DNA of 63,125 nt, filler included, from Chiloscyllium plagiosum (Eukaryota): assembly GCF_004010195.1 (NCBI RefSeq). It is 6 parts of one record of this genome, joined end to end, with 100 filler letters (N's around TTAATTAATTAA, not from the genome) between each part and the next. Parts side by side here need not be neighbours in the genome. Positions count along the whole stretch, not along the records: positions 59,507 to 63,125 come from NC_057712.1; 5 more parts are not named here. One strand, given 5' to 3'. The notes beneath the pieces are model-generated. The model saw only the letters and a list, made by a program, of their open reading frames with translations. It had not been told where the DNA came from and made no database searches. Each line of letters starts with the position of its first letter. Position 1 is the stretch's first letter. This document shows, in pieces, positions 59,507-63,125 of this stretch. Both the position numbers and the translations under genes were made by a program.

Positions 59507-62500
59507 CACAGAGAGTTGTGAGAGCATGGAATGCGTTGCCAGCAGCAGTTGTGGCAGCAAGGTCATTGGGGACATTTAAGAGACTGCTGGACATGCATAT
59601 GGTCACAGAAATTTGAGGGTGCATACATGAGGATCGGTGGTCGGCACAACATCGTGGGCTGAAGGGCCTGTTCTGTGCTATACTGTTCCATGTTCTATCC
59701 GGAATAAGGTACGTGAACTTGCAGCATGGGTTGGTACCTGGGACTTCAGGGTTGTTGAAAATGTTTTGCTGGAAAAGCGCAGCAGGTCTGGCAGCATCCA
59801 AGGAGCAGGAGAATCGACGTTTCGGGCATGAGTCCTTCTGATTCCTGAAGAAGGGCTCATGCCTGAAACGTCGATTCTCCTGCTCCTTGGATGCTGCCAG
59901 ACCTGCTGCGCTTTTCCAGCAACACATTTTCAGCTCTGATCTCCAGCATCCATTTTGATGTTGTGGCCATTTTGGAGACATGGATAGAGCAGGGACAGGA
60001 ATGGTTGTTGCAAGGTTCCAGGATTTAGATGTTTCAGTAACTCATGCCTGAAACGTCGATTCTCCTGCTCCTTGGATGCTGCCAGACCTGCTGCGCTTTT
60101 CCAGCAACACATTTTTCTGCAGTCCTCACTTTCTCCATTTTGATGTTGTGGCCATTTTGGAGACATGGATAGAGCAGGGACAGGAATGGTTGTTGCAAGG
60201 TTCCAGGATTTAGATGTTTCAGTAAGAACAGAGAAGCTGGTAAAAGAGGGGGAGGTGTGGCATTGTTGGTCAAGGACAGTATTACGATGGCCGAAAGGAC
60301 ATTTGAGGACTTGTCTGTTGAGGTAGTATGGGTTGAGTTTAGAAACAGGAAAGGAGAGGTCACCCTGTTGGGAGTTTTCTCTAGGCCTCTGAATAGTTCC
60401 AGAGATGTAGAGGAAAGAATAGCAAAGATGATTCTCGATAAGAGTGAGAGAAACAGGCTAGTTGTCATGGGGGACGTCAACTTTCTAAATATTGACTGGG
60501 AACATTATACTACGAGTACTATAGATGGGTCAGTTGTCGTCCAGTGTGTGCAGGAGGGCTTCCTGACACAATATGTAGACATGCCAACAAGGAGCAAAGT
60601 CACATTAGATTTGGTATTGGGTAATGAGCCTGGCCAGGTGTTCGACTTGGAAGTATGTGAGCAGTTTGGTGATAGCGATCACAATTCTGTTATGTTTACT
60701 TTAGTGATAGAAAGAGATAGATGTATACCACTGGGCAAGAGTTCCAGCTGGGGGAAAGGCAATTACGATGCGATTAGGCAAGATTTAGGAAGCATAGGAT
60801 GGGGAAGGAAACTGCAGGGGATGGGCACATTAGAAATGTGGAGCTTATTCAAGGAAAAGCTCCTGTGTGTCCTCAATAAGTATGAACCTGTCAGGCAGGT
60901 AGGAAGCTGTAGAGTACGGGAGCTGTGGTTTATGAAGGAAGTGGAATCTCTGATCAAGAGGAAGAAGAAGGCTTCTGTTAGGATGAGATGTGAAGGCTCA
61001 GTTAGGGCGCTTGAGGGTTACAAGGTAGCCAGGAAAGACCTAAAGAGAGAGCTCAGAAGAGCCAGGAGGAGACATGAGAAGTTGTTGGCGGATAGGATCA
61101 GGGTAAACCCTAAGGCTTTCTATGGGTATTTAAGGTATAAAAGAATGACGAGAGTAAGGTTAGGCCAATCAAGGATAGTAGTGGGAAGTTGTGTGTGGAG
61201 TCAGAGGAGATAGGGGAAGCAATAAATGAATATTTTTCAACAGTATTCACTCTAGAAAACGACAATGTTGTCAAGAAGAATACTGAGATACAGGATACCA
61301 GACTAGGTGGGATTGAGGTTCACAAGGAAGAGGTATTAGATCGGTGGAGTTGTTGACAGTGAGGAAGGATGTGTCAGGTTACAGCGGGTAATAGATAAGC
61401 TGCAGAGCTGGGCAGAAAGGTGGCAAATGTGTGAGGTGGTAAGTGTGAGGTGATTCACTTTGGTAAGAGTAACAAAAAGATGGGGTACTGGACTAACGGT
61501 TGGATACTTGGTAGTGTGGATGAGCAGAGGGATCTTGGTGTCCATGTGCACAGATCTCTGAAAGTTGCCACCCAGGTAAATAGTGCGGTGAAGAAGGCAT
61601 ATGGCGTACTGGCTTTTATTGGTAGAGGAATTGAGTTCCGGAGCCCTGAGATCATGTTGCAGTTGTATAAGACTCTGGTGCGGCCGCATCTGGAGTTTTG
61701 TGTGCAGTTTTGGTCGCCATACTATAGGAAGGATGTGGAGGCACTGGAACATGTGCAGAGGAGGTTTACCAGGATGTTGCCTGGTATGGTAGGAAGATCG
61801 TATGAGGAAAGGCTGAGGCACTTGGGGCTGTTTTCATTGGAGAAAAGAAGGTTTAGGGGTGACTTGATAGGGGTTTGATAGGTACAAGATGATTAGGGGT
61901 TTAGATAGGGTTGACCACGAGAACCTTTTTCCACGTATAGAGTCAGCTATTACGAGGGGGCATAGCTTTAAATTAAGGGGTGGTAGGTATAGGACAGATG
62001 TTAGGGGTAGATTCTTTACTCAGCGAGTCGTGAGTTCATGGAATGCCCTGCCAGTAGCAGTGGTGGACTTTCCATCTTTATGGGCATTTAAACGGGCATT
62101 GGATAGGCATATGGAGGATAGTGGGCTAGTGTAGGTCGGCGCAACATCGAGGGCCAAAGGGCCTGTACTGCGCTGTATTTTTCTATGTTCTATGTAAATC
62201 CTGCAGAGTGTGAAAATAGATAGTCGCCTGGGCCGGATGGGATTTATCCTCGGATCCTCTGGGAAGCCAGGGAGGAGATTGGCGAGCCTTTGGCATTGAT
62301 CTTTAAATCATCATTGTCTACAGGAGTACAGCCAGAAGCCTGGAGGATAGCAAATGTGGTTCCCCTGTTCCAGAAGGGGAGTAGAGACAACCCTGGTAAT
62401 TATAGACCAGTGAGCCTTACTTCAGTTGTTGGTAAAGTGTTGGAAAAGGTTATAAGAGACAGGATTTATAATCATCTGGAAAAGAATACTTTGATTAGGG

Positions 62501-63125
62501 ATAGTCAGCACGATTTTGTGAAGGGTAGGTAATGCCTCACAAACCTTATTGAGTTCTTTGAGAAGGTGACCAAACAGATGAGCGTATACCGGTTGATGTG
62601 GTGTATATGGATTTCAGCGAGGCGTTCGATAAGGTTCCCCACAGTAGGCTATTGTACGAAATGTGGAGGAATGGGATTATGGGAGACATAGCAGTTTGGA
62701 TCAGTAAATGGCTTGCTGAAAGAAAACAGAGAGTGGTGGTTGATGGGAAATGTTCATCCTGGAGTCCAGTTACCAGTGGTGTACAGCAAGGGTCAGTGTT
62801 GGGTCCACTGCTGTTCGTCATTTTTATACACGACCTGGATGAGGGCGTAGAAGGGTGGGTTAGAAAATTTACAGACGACACTAAGGTCGGTGGAGTTGTG
62901 GATAGTGACGAAGGATGCTGTAGGTTACAGAGAGACATAGATAAGCTGCAGAGCCGGGCTGAGAAGTGGCAAATGGAGTTTAAATGCGGACAAGTATGAG
63001 GTGATTCACTTTGGTCGGAGTAACTGGAATGAAAAGTACTGGGCTAATGGTAAGATTCTTGGTAGTGTAGATGAGCAGAGAGATCTCGGTGTCCAGGTAC
63101 ACAGATCCTTGAAAGTTGCCACCCA
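59507..63125 (+). mobile_element. CR1-type LINE cluster: 3' end, an EN-containing copy with RT core deleted (~59700-62195), and a second RT-containing copy (~62197-63125)
   Basis: [52 protein letters not shown] and FTDD motifs. Confidence 0.9.
59757..60134. mobile_element. Cluster of Penelope-like terminal fragments (inverted pair plus duplicated copy) inside CR1 endonuclease
   Basis: Minus copy 59757-59838, plus copy 59843-59950, further plus copy 60041-60134. Confidence 0.82.

Noticed and set aside
60257..61213. 318-aa ORF as a possible host gene or active LINE
   Set aside because: CR1 endonuclease/linker region; it frameshifts at the end and the RT core is deleted near 61340

Overview
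Vertebrate (shark/elasmobranch-type repeat complement) genomic DNA from a gapped scaffold. Host genes: seven internal coding exons of mitochondrial alanyl-tRNA synthetase AARS2 on the + strand (1658-21954, one GC-AG intron) and the first coding (Tudor-domain) exon of lamin B receptor LBR on the - strand (25836-26000). A candidate CpG-rich promoter/first exon lies at about 52.5-53.1 kb. Most other sequence is transposon-derived: many CR1-type LINE fragments, HE1/V-SINEs, L1 and Tx1 fragments, a Gypsy element with a tRNA-Pro-like PBS, three families of Penelope-like elements carrying minimal hammerhead-ribozyme motifs, and two defective class I (gamma/epsilon-like) endogenous retroviruses plus a related solo LTR. 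The most notable signals are a 2H-phosphoesterase-like domain (two HIT motifs) between protease and RT in one provirus, with a decayed counterpart in the other, and numerous short hammerhead-bearing insertions with 11-14 bp target duplications. Five 100-bp gaps carry an artificial TTAATTAATTAA linker, so adjacency across them is not proven. All family assignments come from motif recognition without database searches, and repeat boundaries are approximate.
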